A model generated the notes under the pieces. It was not told the origin of the DNA and ran no database searches. It saw only the letters and a program-made list of their open reading frames with translations. The position numbers and the translations under genes are program-made. A DNA stretch of 38,026 bases from Bacteroidia bacterium (GTDB lineage: Bacteria > Bacteroidota > Bacteroidia > JABEUT01), in NCBI GenBank assembly GCA_035484895.1, contig DATHOL010000486.1:1-38026 (forward strand), given 5' to 3'. Below, one piece after another: positions 10,001-21,200 of the stretch. Position 1 is the stretch's first letter; the number at the start of each line of letters is the position of its first letter.

Positions 10001-11070
10001 CCTCCATCAATTCAAAAACAATAGCATCCAGTCCGGAAGATACGTTAAAAGCGCTTGCCAGGGTTACAATTTCAGGCTATGTGGGCGATGGCAATGGCAA
10101 TGTGCTAAATTCCTTTAACGGATTGCTTAATCCTACCGTTTATGATAAATATAACCTGATTACCACGCTCGATAACCTAGGCGGTTCAAACAGCCCTGTG
10201 CTAACTTTTGGAATTCAAAACAGTGAACTATACAGAGGATTGGTTTCCGTGACCAACGGCAAGTTTAGTTATAGTTTTGTAATGCCAAAAGATATTTTGT
10301 ACTACTTCGGCTTTGGCAAAATCAGCTATTACGCCCAAAATGGCATAACCGATGCAACAGGCAACTATGAAAAAATTATAGTGGGAGGTACCTCACCTGC
10401 AGCACATAATAATGGCATTGGCCCTAAGGTAAGGCTATATATGAATGACAGCAACTTCGTTTATGGCGGGATGACCAATCAAAATCCATCGCTATTTGCC
10501 ATTGTTTTTGACAGTAACGGCATTAATACCGCCGCCACTTCCATCGGGCATGATATTACAGCAGTGCTCGATAATAATACTGCTAATACATACAATATAA
10601 GCAATTATTACCAGCCTTCGCTTAATAGCTACCAACGGGGAACTATAACCTTTCCGCTGAGTGCATTACCCAACGGTACACATACTTTGTCACTCCGGGT
10701 ATGGAACGTATATGATAACACATCCATTTCCAGCACGGAATTTAACGTAGAACCGCAATCGAGCCTTCAATTGCAACATGTACTTAACTATCCAAACCCA
10801 TTTACTACCCATACAGAGTTTTTCTTTGAAATAAATGAGGTTTGTGATGTGATGGATGTGCAAATTCAAATATTCTCGGTTTCCGGCAAACTGGTACGAA
10901 ACATCCTAACCTCCGTAAAAACAGACAGTTTCCGTTCGCAACCAATTGAGTGGGATGGCAAAGATGATTATGGAGACAAGATAGGAAGAGGCGTATATAT
11001 TTACCACATAAAAGTAAGAACCAGCAGCGGCGCAACGGCAGATACCTATCAAAAGCTTGTTATATTATAA
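7039..11070 (+). CDS. porU: T9SS C-terminal signal peptidase/sortase PorU (gingipain-like C25 peptidase family)
   Basis: 1343-aa ORF with a signal peptide. C25-like catalytic region (…YLLLFGDGSFDPK…, …NYEGHGGPTGL…, …FFNGSCAFG…). C-terminal T9SS-type sorting domain (…LNYPNPFTTHTEFFF…GVYIYHIKV…). The immediate neighbour is porV. Confidence 0.85.
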   Translation: MKFLSPVAFLFLVFFSASVQAQISPKQNPVKPSQPSVPKIVQPIKNPVANVAEAPKLPIAAKGQINLVWGKPITDNLTEPNTDKIFLNLQGALYTRKNYYLPQYFNHFKLNGNSNAATATITNAKYEPLTEAELKVLAPDEKYISDGIEPEVKVVTEHREFYANIQFIPIRKNLSTGGYEKLVSFSLDVHQSHEDFRVKHSPISFASKSILSNGKWYKIGVTSDGVYKLTYSFLKKLGIDMSALVPANIRIYGNGGAMLPVSNAVYRPDDLIENSIYVNGQSDSLFKSKDYVLFYGQSPNVWAYNSTDKHFHHTVNLYTDTTYYFINVDLGKGKRISTESSLASTPTNTVSTFDDYAYHELDGVNLIQSGNKWFGEFFETTTQYTVSFNFPNIDMSSCVYIKAAIASRNITTNGVGLNYYTVSPTSSGGTLDSVHNVDGNYTDSYAQLGTCSYCSPPTGSIVNVFVTKLNPAAVGWLYYVEANARRQLVMGSQTQLEFRDSKSVGIGNISQFNVSAINPIKVWDVTNPQNIDSVTFLSTNAGNYQFEVPTDTLKQFIAFSASSKLIDSNVTNCGMVPNQNLHSDSVADLIIVTHPLYLSQANELANFHRKHDSLRVEVATTLEVYNEFSSGRQDPGAIRDFMMMFYRRAGNSYKNSPKYLLLFGDGSFDPKHRISGNNNYVVTYESDESFTPAGGTYVSDDYFVLLDSTVTSNPENGAYTLDVAVGRLPADNVTEAQTCVNKIISYETPNGQPVNATPNCCNTQTQYNLANWRNTFCFIAHDGNNDLFQNYTEPMAGIIDSNYKNLNVNKIYFDAYPLEQTPGGARYPAVNAAIDAQMNQGLLIFNYEGHGGPTGLGLERVLDFSDIYSWTNINALPLFFNGSCAFGAWDNPLQVSGGEISVTLATGGVIGMMSATREVFAAPNALLNDDFIDVLYTPLPDGSLPRMGDLLTEAKNKSGGSNLNNLTFCLLGDPSVRLNYPKYNVYTTSINSKTIASSPEDTLKALARVTISGYVGDGNGNVLNSFNGLLNPTVYDKYNLITTLDNLGGSNSPVLTFGIQNSELYRGLVSVTNGKFSYSFVMPKDILYYFGFGKISYYAQNGITDATGNYEKIIVGGTSPAAHNNGIGPKVRLYMNDSNFVYGGMTNQNPSLFAIVFDSNGINTAATSIGHDITAVLDNNTANTYNISNYYQPSLNSYQRGTITFPLSALPNGTHTLSLRVWNVYDNTSISSTEFNVEPQSSLQLQHVLNYPNPFTTHTEFFFEINEVCDVMDVQIQIFSVSGKLVRNILTSVKTDSFRSQPIEWDGKDDYGDKIGRGVYIYHIKVRTSSGATADTYQKLVIL

Positions 11071-11077
11071 GCTTTGC

Positions 11078-11085
11078 TATATTTG
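11078..11085 (+). promoter_or_regulatory. -7 promoter box TATATTTG upstream of porV
   Basis: Perfect TAnnTTTG, 8 nt after the porU stop and 63 nt before the porV ATG. Confidence 0.3.
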
Positions 11086-11148
11086 CAACCCTTTAATAAT
11101 TTTAAACACACTATTTGGTGATTAGCAGCGTTACTCAATTTTAGATTA

Positions 11149-12408
11149 ATGCAAATGAAGTTCAGCAACTCGTACAAAATTCTTGCGACTTTGGTATCAA
11201 TTCCATTAGCCGCTAATCATTCCATTGCCCAAAGCAGCAATGTATTGGGGCAAAGCCTTGCCAACAATGTAAATGTGGTAACCACAGCCGTACCATTTTT
11301 GCTTATCGGCCCCGATGCACGGGCGGGAGGAATGGGTGATGCAGGTGTTGCCACCACACCCGATGCCAATTCCCTTGGATGGAACCCTGCCAAATTGGCA
11401 TTTATTGATGGAGACATGGGCTTCTCTATTTCCTATACTCCCTGGTTAAGGCAATTGGTGCCCGACATAAATTTAGGTTATCTTTCCTTTTATAAAAAGA
11501 TGAAAGCTAATCAGGCTTTGGGTGTAGCTATGCGTTATTTTTCATTGGGAAATATTGACTTTACAGATGCTAATGGAAACAGCATTGGAAGTTTTACCCC
11601 TGCCGAATATTCGTTGGATGTGGGCTACTCCCTTAAACTAAACGAGAATTGGGGCGTAGGCATGGCAGCACGCTATATTTATTCTAACCTTACAGGAGCT
11701 GTTAATGTGGGCGGAGAATATACGAAGCCGGGGCGTTCCTTAGGTGTAGATATATCTGCTTTTTATAAATCAAAAGACCTGGAATGGGGAGGTAAAAAGA
11801 CTACCGTTTCAGGCGGAATTTGCATATCGAACATGGGGCCTAAAATTGCCTACACGCAAAGTGGCAATGCCGATTTCTTGCCTACTCAATTACGCCTTGG
11901 CCCAAGCATCACTATGAATTTGGATGAGTTTAATAAAATAACATGGGCATTGGATATTACCAAACTACTTGTTCCCACTCCACCTGTTTACAAAACGGAT
12001 GCTACCGGAAGCCCTGTGATTTTACCTAACGGACAATTTGCGCTCGCAGCCGGAGATAATCCTAACGTATCGGTTCCACAGGGTATGATACAATCATTTT
12101 ATGATGCCCCGGGCGGAGGATTGGAAGAATTCCATGAAATTAATTATGCTACCGGATTTGAATACTGGTACGATAACCAGTTTGCGGCACGCACCGGTTT
12201 CTTTTACGAAAGCCCTACTAAAGGCGGAAGACAATATATTACATTCGGTGCAGGTTTCCGATTGAAAGTATTGAATGTGGACCTTTCCTATTTAATTCCG
12301 ATTACACAACAAAACCCGTTGCAAAATACGTTGCGTTTAACCCTCGGATTCAAGTTTGAAAAGAACAAGAAAGGTGAAGGAGAAACTAATCCTGAACCGG
12401 CTAACTAA
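11149..12408 (+). CDS. porV: T9SS outer-membrane shuttle/channel protein PorV (LptO)
   Basis: Family-typical block VPFLLIGPDARAGGMGDAGVATTPDANS after a signal peptide. About 420-aa FadL-like beta-barrel pattern. Directly downstream of porU. Confidence 0.85.
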   Translation: MQMKFSNSYKILATLVSIPLAANHSIAQSSNVLGQSLANNVNVVTTAVPFLLIGPDARAGGMGDAGVATTPDANSLGWNPAKLAFIDGDMGFSISYTPWLRQLVPDINLGYLSFYKKMKANQALGVAMRYFSLGNIDFTDANGNSIGSFTPAEYSLDVGYSLKLNENWGVGMAARYIYSNLTGAVNVGGEYTKPGRSLGVDISAFYKSKDLEWGGKKTTVSGGICISNMGPKIAYTQSGNADFLPTQLRLGPSITMNLDEFNKITWALDITKLLVPTPPVYKTDATGSPVILPNGQFALAAGDNPNVSVPQGMIQSFYDAPGGGLEEFHEINYATGFEYWYDNQFAARTGFFYESPTKGGRQYITFGAGFRLKVLNVDLSYLIPITQQNPLQNTLRLTLGFKFEKNKKGEGETNPEPAN

Positions 12409-12422
12409 AAGTTCCAGAGCCG

Positions 12423-12902
12423 TTGAAATTCCGCATAGGATATGGCTTTGACGTTCATGCCCTGCAGGAAGGAAGGCCATTTATTTTAGGCGGAATTGAA
12501 ATCCCATCCCCTTTCGGGCCATTGGGCCATTCTGATGCCGATGTGCTTATCCACGCCATTTGTGATGCCCTGCTTGGTGCAGCTGCATTGGGAGATATAG
12601 GCAAACATTTTCCGGATACCTCCGGCGAGTTTAAAAATATCGACAGCAAAATATTATTGCAAAGAGTAGTAACTCTTTTAAAAGAAAAAAACTACTCTAT
12701 CGGGAATATTGATGCCACCGTTATACTCGAAAAACCAAAAATTGCTCCGCATATTGAAGCCATGCGTTCAGCACTTTCGAATGTAATGGGCATACCTGTG
12801 GAAGATATTTCGATTAAAGCCACCACCAATGAAAAAATGGGGTTTATTGGAAGACAGGAAGGTGTGAGTGCACATGCAGTGGCGTTGATTGAGAGAAGCT
12901 AA
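12423..12902 (+). CDS. ispF: 2-C-methyl-D-erythritol 2,4-cyclodiphosphate synthase
   Basis: RIGYGFDVHAL…GHSDADVLIHAICDALLGAAALGDIGKHFPDT motif set, 159 aa, TTG start. Confidence 0.92.
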   Translation: MKFRIGYGFDVHALQEGRPFILGGIEIPSPFGPLGHSDADVLIHAICDALLGAAALGDIGKHFPDTSGEFKNIDSKILLQRVVTLLKEKNYSIGNIDATVILEKPKIAPHIEAMRSALSNVMGIPVEDISIKATTNEKMGFIGRQEGVSAHAVALIERS

Positions 12903-12953
12903 AGAAAACCCTTTCCGAAAATTGGTAAAGCAGAATTTAGGTAGTTTTGTTTC

Positions 12954-14300
12954 ATGCTGAGCCACTATAAATTAATTCTGTTTGTTGTATTAGGCGCATT
13001 GTGCCTGATGCTCGATGCTTTTTACAACGGCTATCCACTTGTTTATTCCGATACCTCAACCTATTTAGCATCAGGTTTTGAACTGCAAACCCCTGTTGAC
13101 AGGCCCATAACATACGGTTTATTCATACGATTAACCAGTTTAAACGGACTCAGCTTATGGATGGTTATTTTTGCTCAATCCCTGCTTCTTTCCTATCTTG
13201 TTTTCCAGTTGCTAAAACAGTTTTCAGGAGGAAAACCATACCTCCTAAAAGGATTGTCTCTGGTATTGCTTCTATCAGTATTCACGGGTATTTCATGGAG
13301 TTCGAGCCAGTTGATTCCGGATATGTTTACTCCCATTGCATTGCTCTCACTTGTTCTGATATTAGTTGGCAATGTTGGAAAAAGAGCAAGGGTATTGCTT
13401 TGTTTTTTGTATTTACTTTCAGTATCCATGCATATTTCGCATGTTATGCTCTTCAGCCTCCTATTGATTATCTGTTATCTTTTAAAACGATGGTTGGTTC
13501 AAAAAGAAACTTTAAAAATGCTGCGACTAAGAATTGGACTACTCTTTTTACTTACCCTGTCAGCAATCCTCACTATGAGCTCCGCTATTTCAAAATCAAA
13601 AGATGTGTTTATGATGGGAGCTATGGTGGAACAGGGAATTACCAAACAATACCTGGATGAATATTGCGGTTCGAAACATTATAAAATGTGCGCTTATAAA
13701 GATTCCTTACCCGAAACACTCAACGCATTTGTATGGGATACAAATTCTGTTTTCTACAAAACAGGTGGCTGGTCAGCAGAAAACAGGAGCGAATACCATA
13801 ATATTATCCTCTCTACTTTCACGGAGCCGAAATATATTATGCTGCATATTATAGCCTCTGCGAAGGCTACAACACATCAAATGCTAAGTTTTCATATCGG
13901 TGATGGGAACGGAAAATTTTCAAACGGTACAGTGCTCTATGGAAGAATAGGTAGCTATGTCCAGAGGGATTTGTCAGGCTATGCTGCTTCCAAACAAAAC
14001 CAAGCAGGGTTTCCGGTTATTGCTTTATGGAATAAGATATATGACATTATTATTGCAATCAGTGCAATTTGTCTTTTAATGGTTTTACTAATTAAAAGGA
14101 AAAGAATCCTGTATCAATTAAAATCTATCCTGACTATACTTTCTATAGGAATTGTGCTGAATGCATGGGATACCGCAACATTCTCCTGTGTGGCCAATAG
14201 GTTTGGCTGCAAAATGATGTGGCTGATTCCTTGTATGCTTTTAGTAGTTTTATATAGCTTGTGTTTGAAGCCATCAAAAGAAAATACGGAAACGATTTAA
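12954..14300 (+). CDS. Uncharacterised polytopic membrane protein (about 10 TM segments with a roughly 140-aa loop); possibly GT-C-fold-like
   Basis: 448-aa ORF. Roughly seven hydrophobic segments in residues 1-212, a hydrophilic region around 215-355, then three more hydrophobic segments. The first loop carries YSDTSTYL…VDRPITYG. I recognise no named family. Confidence 0.7.
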   Translation: MLSHYKLILFVVLGALCLMLDAFYNGYPLVYSDTSTYLASGFELQTPVDRPITYGLFIRLTSLNGLSLWMVIFAQSLLLSYLVFQLLKQFSGGKPYLLKGLSLVLLLSVFTGISWSSSQLIPDMFTPIALLSLVLILVGNVGKRARVLLCFLYLLSVSMHISHVMLFSLLLIICYLLKRWLVQKETLKMLRLRIGLLFLLTLSAILTMSSAISKSKDVFMMGAMVEQGITKQYLDEYCGSKHYKMCAYKDSLPETLNAFVWDTNSVFYKTGGWSAENRSEYHNIILSTFTEPKYIMLHIIASAKATTHQMLSFHIGDGNGKFSNGTVLYGRIGSYVQRDLSGYAASKQNQAGFPVIALWNKIYDIIIAISAICLLMVLLIKRKRILYQLKSILTILSIGIVLNAWDTATFSCVANRFGCKMMWLIPCMLLVVLYSLCLKPSKENTETI

Positions 14301-14345
14301 TTATTTTCCCGGCATGACAAGTCACTAAGTTTAGAGGTAGAGAAT

Positions 14346-15089
14346 TTATTTCTTCAACGCACCCATCAGGTATTCCCTGTTCAAACGTGTAATGTTTGCA
14401 ACCGAAATATTTTTAGGGCATTCTGCTTCACAGGCATTGGTATTGGTACAACTTCCGAAACCTTCTTCATCCATGGCTGCTATCATGCCAAGCGCACGCT
14501 CCTCTCTTTCCGGTTTTCCTTGCGGTAATAAACTTAACTGAGATACCTTAGCCGATACAAAAAGCATAGCTGAAGCATTTTTGCAGGCTGCCACACAAGC
14601 TCCGCACCCAATACATGCTGCGGCATCAAAAGCTTCATCGGCATCATGTTTTGGTATTGGTGTAGCATTGGCATCCGGTGCATTGCCCGTATTTACGGAT
14701 ACATATCCGCCGGCATGCATAATCCGGTCGAATGAAGTACGGTCAACAACTAAATCGCGTATTACAGGAAAAGGTTTTGCCCTCCAGGGTTCAACAGTAA
14801 TGGTTTCTCCGTCGTGGAAATGGCGCATGTGCAACTGGCAGGTAGTAGTGCCTTTCAGCGGGCCATGGGGCCTTCCATTGATATACATGCTGCACATTCC
14901 GCAAATACCTTCGCGACAATCGTGGTCAAAAGCAATCGGCTCTTCCCCTTTGCTGATTAATTCCTCATTCAGTACATCAAACATTTCCAGGAATGACATA
15001 TCGGTAGAAATATCATTTACTTTATAGGTAACAAATCCGCCTTTATCCTTGGCATTTTTCTGCCTCCATACCTTTAATGTCAGGTTCAT
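14346..15089 (-). CDS. sdhB: Succinate dehydrogenase / fumarate reductase iron-sulfur subunit
   Basis: 247 aa, alignable by eye along its length to the Bacteroides FrdB type (LKVWRQK…, [24 protein letters not shown]…, [27 protein letters not shown]…, [15 protein letters not shown]). Confidence 0.9.
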   Translation of the reverse strand: MNLTLKVWRQKNAKDKGGFVTYKVNDISTDMSFLEMFDVLNEELISKGEEPIAFDHDCREGICGMCSMYINGRPHGPLKGTTTCQLHMRHFHDGETITVEPWRAKPFPVIRDLVVDRTSFDRIMHAGGYVSVNTGNAPDANATPIPKHDADEAFDAAACIGCGACVAACKNASAMLFVSAKVSQLSLLPQGKPEREERALGMIAAMDEEGFGSCTNTNACEAECPKNISVANITRLNREYLMGALKK

Positions 15090-15113
15090 ATTGCTGGTAA
15101 TATTTATATACGC

Positions 15114-15121
15114 AAAACTAC
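15114..15121 (-). promoter_or_regulatory. -7 promoter box TAGTTTTG upstream of sdhB
   Basis: Perfect TAnnTTTG on the minus strand, 24 nt upstream of the sdhB ATG, in the 156-bp gap after sprA. Confidence 0.35.
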
Positions 15122-15245
15122 ATATAATTTAGATGCAGGGAATGATTTGCCTCGCCTTTCTATTCTTATGCCGCTTATATGTACCAAGCTCCTTTATGGG
15201 TTTGGGGCGAAAGAAATAATACTTTTTGATTCTTATCGCGTTCCC

Positions 15246-18200
15246 TTAAGACAGCGAGAACCGTATGGCAATACCGCCATCCATAGTGGAAGTAGGGAAA
15301 GTGGACGAGATAAACGGATTATTGATAATCTTATCGAAGAAGATACGGAATGTTATACGGGTGTTAATGTTGTATTCCGCTTGTGTTTTAATGGTAATAA
15401 TCTGCTGCCCTCCTGTAATCTGGTTGGAACGGTTAATAGCATTTTGTATAAGGGTTTCATTGTTCCGGATAGATAAATCAGCGCGAAGAGTAACATCATT
15501 TCGAATGGCCTTCTGCCCTATCTTAATTGGCAATAAAACATTTTTAATTTTATAGCCCAATCCTAAAATATATTCTGTTCCATGAACTTCCGCTATTTCA
15601 ATATCAGACATATCCAAGGCGGCCTGGCGGTCGTTTCGGATTTCAAAATTAGAGGATATATTTCCTTTAAACGTTACAGCAATTTTTATAAGCGGTGAAA
15701 AAGCATCGGAAATTGCAACCGTAGGAATAACGTCCCTCGGCAGGAAATCACCGTTCAAATCCTTCATAATAGGATTGCCATTGGCATCAGAATTAAAGAG
15801 TAAGTTATAACTAAACCCTCCAATGCTATAAGTACCGGTATACGCATTGCTAAGAGTAATGGAGGTAATATTCTTTTTAACCCATGGCCAGATACTTGCA
15901 ATCGGTTTATACACATTATAGGAAATGGACCAGTTTGGCAAAGGAACGGCCGGGAAAGGATTCAGGGTTACTTTTTTAGGGTCTTGTACTGAATAAGCTG
16001 CTAAAAATGCCGGTATGGCAACATTTTGCGAGTAGATACTATATCCACTGGAATACTGGGTTACAGGGTTGTATATGGAGTACGGATTACTATTTCCTTG
16101 TCTTTGTGAAATAGTATACGTATCATTTATAAAGCGTTGAAAGACGCGTGATGTGCTGGTAGAACCATTACTGCTCGAGAAGATGGACTGCACAAAAATA
16201 TAGGTCATGCTGAAGTTGCCCGATTCATTCGGGCTGTTGAGCGAATACTGCGGCTTATTGTCTGCTCCTGTTATATAATCAATATAATAGCTCGCATTTT
16301 GCGATTGGGTCCGGTTGGCGGTAAGGTCAATCTTTAAATCAGGCAGCGGTTCAAAATTAGCCCTTACATTAATTGTTTGGGTATTAATTGTACTTACAGG
16401 TGTATAATCATTCACTAGTTTTTCCAGCAAGCTGTCCTGTATCATATGCTGTACAATCCTTGTTTGGCTGCCAAATACAAACGCAGGCCCCGGAGCCCAA
16501 TTATCATTGGGAGCCATTCCCAAAATGGACGCGGTTTGATTATAGCCCGGCAGCACGGTTCCTTTATTCTGGGTATATGAGAAATTTACATTTTTAAGGG
16601 ATGTAGCCAAATAGGCTAAATATTTTTCGGCATAAAATACTCCATCATGCGTTTGGCTGGTATCTTCCGGTTCTGCTGCCGGAGGCCTGTTCGCGCTCTG
16701 CCTGTTTAATGGCTGCTTGCTTACCGGAGATGGCTTTGGTTTATTCCTATTCTCATCTTTCAGCATTTTTTTCAGGAAAGGAACCTTATCGTACAATGTA
16801 GCCATATTAAGCGTGCTGTTAATTGACTTGGTATTGGAATTCGAAATGGTAGCGCCCAGCGAATCATATCCAAAAGGAGCATGCACCCACTCATAGCCTG
16901 CCGCATAATGGGCTGTCAGCGTCATAAAATCAAGGAAAGGAATTTTTTTCAGCGGAACATCATAGTTCACTCCGGCTGTTTGCTTGTAATCAGTATTCGT
17001 CTGGTGTTCGAAGAAATTCCTGACAACAGAATCTTTTTGCTGAACTGTATTTGCCGGTATGCCTTCAGGCTCGTCAACCCGTGAATCATTGGTTGCCATG
17101 AAATCTACACGCAGTGACTTAGTAAGAGAATACGATAAATTATATGTGCGTACAACATTGAATGCCCTGTTTACTGCAATAGGCATAAAGATATCGCCTG
17201 CACCGGGAATCGTATTCCTCAATTGGAAAGATGAATATTCCCGGTCGAACATATTGCTCACGGACAACTTATCAATCATCGGATAGAAATTGAAATCGCT
17301 TATCAGCGCAAGGTATTTCCGTTTCCGGAAAAAATCCATCTTTTTAAATGGCTCTATAGGTTTCGGGTGAAAGGAATAAGTATATATCAGGCCTCCTTTA
17401 TAACTCTTGGTTAAGTTCGACTGGTAACTTACATCATGTGTATTTAATTCGGTAAATGCATAATTCCCCGAAAAATTCTCTATGTCCCAAAAGTGCGTAT
17501 GCTTCTGATTTTTCCCTTTGTTTTTATGCACATTGGTAAAGTTCAGGCTCCGTGCAATGCTCCGGCTGATGACAATACTTTTTATGGAATCCTGGCCTTG
17601 TTTATTTAAAGTGCTCAGCGTACTGCTTAAAAGAATATCAGGGTCGAGCGGATTGTATTCCGGCAATATCCATTGGTCGGAATAGGACATATATGTAGGC
17701 ACACTCACACTCCATGAAGGGGGTAAAAATTTACCCATTTCTAAATTGGTGGCAACGGAATACCCCAAATCGGTTTCGCGGCTAAGGCTACCCACATTGG
17801 CTTCCAGTGTTCCAAAACCCGGTGTTGATGCATGACCCGATAAAGAAAGTGTACCCAAATCCGCCAATTTCGCGGTTACCCTGTTAACAGTTGCCACACC
17901 GCCTTTTTCGCTGAAATTTGTCATACGGAGCTCATCAAACCAAACCTGTGCGCACTTGGGTTTTCCATCGTCGGTCGACATGGTATTTACCGTCCGTTTG
18001 GGGTTTCTTACACCCAGCATCATTATCTGCGTATTGCTTATAGTCGGGTTACCCACCACGGTTACATTATTAACGCCATCTTTAACCGTGTATGGAGTTT
18101 GGAAGGTAATATTATGATTAGACTCCATAGCAGCATCCCTGGAAAGTTTAGCATTCTCGAGCGTGGCTAATTGTATGGTCATGGTATTATCTGTAGGCCA

Positions 18201-21200
18201 AACACTGGTCTGGTCTGAGTTATTACTGGTATTATAATTACCCTGCGGGGTTACAGCTAACGGCACTTCATACTCGTAATAGTTCTGGGTGAAATCACTG
18301 CCAACCCTGATAAATGCCGTTACATCGCCAAATTTCAACGGACTGCTTGGTTCTCCCGACTGACAGTGAACAAAGAGATTCATGGTTTTATAAGCGCGCA
18401 AGTCAAGCTGCACATTTCTGGAAACCGCCCTGGCATCACCATCTTGCAGCTCGCATACATTCAGGGCAAGCGAACCCTCATTTAACTGAACAAGGTTGGC
18501 TGATTGAAGATTCAACTGCCGCTGTATTCCCGGTGGAATTACATAATTTACAGGAGTGGTATTGGAATTTTCTTCCAGGTTAACACCAAACTCATCAAAA
18601 GTAGTAGAGTTTTCATTGGGCACAAAATCACCGGGAGCAAGGAGTGAACCGGCAAACTTCCTCCATTCATCGCGTACCAGCTCCAGTTTTCCGAAACGGC
18701 AAATTACCTGGTTATCGAATCCTTTGAAATACATTCTTATAAACCGGATGGAATGGAAATCGGATATCTGGCCTACTTTCCTTGCATATTCATTAATAGG
18801 TATTTTAAACTGATACCACGTTGTGTGGTGGGTTGAACCATCCGCCACTTGCGGTGTAGCGGTAAAGGCAGTAATAAGAAAATTGTTCCCTACATTGCCC
18901 GGGCTTACCTGGCGGGGATTTATCTGTACTTCATATTCATAATAAGCTTCGTTTTGGCTAAGCGTATTATCCTGGTTTATATCCTCCGTATTAGGCAATG
19001 TTGTTTCAGTGGTTGGGTAATTGCCTCCCGCAGGATTCTGTCCACCATATTGCAAACTGGTTGGTGAGTTACCTTCCAGTCCATTATACATCATATAACG
19101 TTCCACAACCGGATAGTGCCTGTTATCGTAATCATCGCCCCGGTAGTAATGGAAATCATCTGTAGAAGGGTCAGCATTGGCAGCAGAATCTGCACGGGTA
19201 CCGGGATATGTACTGTGCACCAAATTTACATAATTAGCAAAAAAACTTTTTTCCTGTGCATCACTCAAGCCATCTAACCCGATATCCTGAAAAGGGCGGG
19301 TAGTGTTATCATTGTCAAAAGCGCTGACTAATGCAGGATTTATAGGTACGTGCCCCCATGCAGTTGCCATCCAGGGATTATTTGTATTGGCAGGATTGGC
19401 TGAATCAGCAATATTCGTAGGTAATCCATTTTCAAAACTTTTCACTCCGTCTTTCAATACATCTTCCGAAACGTCTCCCAAATCAAAGTATAAAGTGCCC
19501 GTGGTGTTTGGGGTTGTATTATAGGAGGTATATGGATCCATCATCCAAAATTCAATAAACTGAATATTATCGGTTTCAAAATCCGTTTCCTGCAGTGGGC
19601 GTTGAATACCTCCCCAGCGGCTCGTCGGCCTGTTAAGATTAAAATTTGCATTTATACCTGAGGATATGTTTGACCCGCCCGGAGGATCATAGTTATAAGG
19701 GCCTTTAAGCGTAGGATAAAATGCCAGGTTCAATACCGGCAGGTTAATAGGTGTTCCCGTAGCCGATTGTTCATTTGGAAAAATTTCTGTTTGCAAAACC
19801 ATACGGATGCGGTCATCGGACATTTCTGCCGTTGTTTCATTAGTTGGGGTTACTCCGCTTTCCGTTTGCTGGAATAATGGGTCTACAACATACCAGGCTG
19901 CTTTGGCACGGTTCATGCCAAAGCGCAAATCATTATTATAAGCAGCTTCCGGAAACTCCGATGGCTGTCCGCCAGGGGTGCTGGCTAAAGACCATGTTAA
20001 AGGCTGGGAAATATCTATAAAACTTTCGCCGCCTTCAAAATCATCAATATAGGCTGTGCCTGTGCTGCCAATATATTTCGGGTGACCTGGAATCATAGCC
20101 GCAAACTCTGAACTTGCTGTTATTTCAGAAGGAGCTTTGGTATGAATCATCGGCAACTTGTCGATGATATCGGTTAGCCATGGCGCAGGCTTTTTAAAAT
20201 CGCCGTTTAAGCCTAACATGGTATTGGAAACAGGCTCCTGCCCTATACTCACAATTTGCGTAAGAGGGTGTTCGGTAAAGTTAACCACGGTTGCTCCAAG
20301 ATTAAAATCTTTTGAAACCATATAATCAAAATGCTGGCCGAAGAATGTTTTAGATTGTATGCTGAACAATGCATTATTTTCCAATGAAATCTGTATGGGT
20401 GTGCCTGAACTCAATAAACCCTGATTCAGGATTTTTACCCTTCCTAAGGTATAATCCACTGTATAATCCACGTTTTCGGTAAGCTTATTTCCACCTGCGG
20501 TAACAAGAACCGAACCTTGCGGAATATTAGCCGCACCCAAATTTATATCGGAACTTGCCGAGGATTGGAAACTTCCCCGTATCCAATACCTGTCAAGATT
20601 TGGTTGCTGCTGCGCAGAAATCAAAAGCGAGTCATACAAAGGTTGGAAAACATAATTCGGCGCTAAAGCCAAATCGCCGGCTGCCGCCATTTTCATGCGC
20701 AACCCGTATCCAAAAGGCTCAACGGTTGGGAAAATTATATAACCGTTGGTTGCGTCAACTGTAAGCCCGGGCAGAAAATCAAATAACCCATCCGGTGCAC
20801 GGTCGCCTGATTGATCCAATTGGTCCAGTCCCATAACCTCCAATAATTGTTTGCCTTTCAGGTTACCTTGTGGCAGATATGGAATATCATATCCTGTAGC
20901 TGCATTGGAATACCAGATATTCAGCAAGAAATTGGTAGCGTTGATTTGGTAAGAACCCAATGCATAAATATTTTTCATCATCAGGCTCCATATAGGTTGC
21001 GTGGTATTTACATTGGTACTTTTCAGCATTTTTACTACCAGCTCATTTCCGGTAGGAACACCGTCAGTTGAGAATTGCCCCACTTGATACAGTTTGCCGT
21101 TCTTGGTATATTGGAAAGCAACAGCAAGCACCTGGTCATAGTTCAAAGGCTGCCTTAAAGAAATATAACCTAAGCGGGGATTAAGGGTATAATCTGACGG

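Noticed and set aside
12942-12949. A perfect -7 box TAGTTTTG only 4 nt upstream of ATG 12954 of the membrane protein.
   Set aside because: It is too close to the ATG to give a normal leader, and using the next Met (13008) would delete the first TM segment. This may be a leaderless transcript or chance, so it is not annotated as a promoter.
13157-13660. A 167-aa same-strand, alternate-frame ORF inside the 10-TM membrane protein gene, plus 13193-13429 (-) and 13657-13854 (+).
   Set aside because: They overlap the much longer frame, which shows coherent TM periodicity. Their translations have no such structure.
14581-15027. A 148-aa ORF antisense to sdhB.
   Set aside because: A shadow ORF of a highly conserved gene with no motif. 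The Cys/His-rich codons of sdhB read backwards give Ala/Ser/Pro-rich text.
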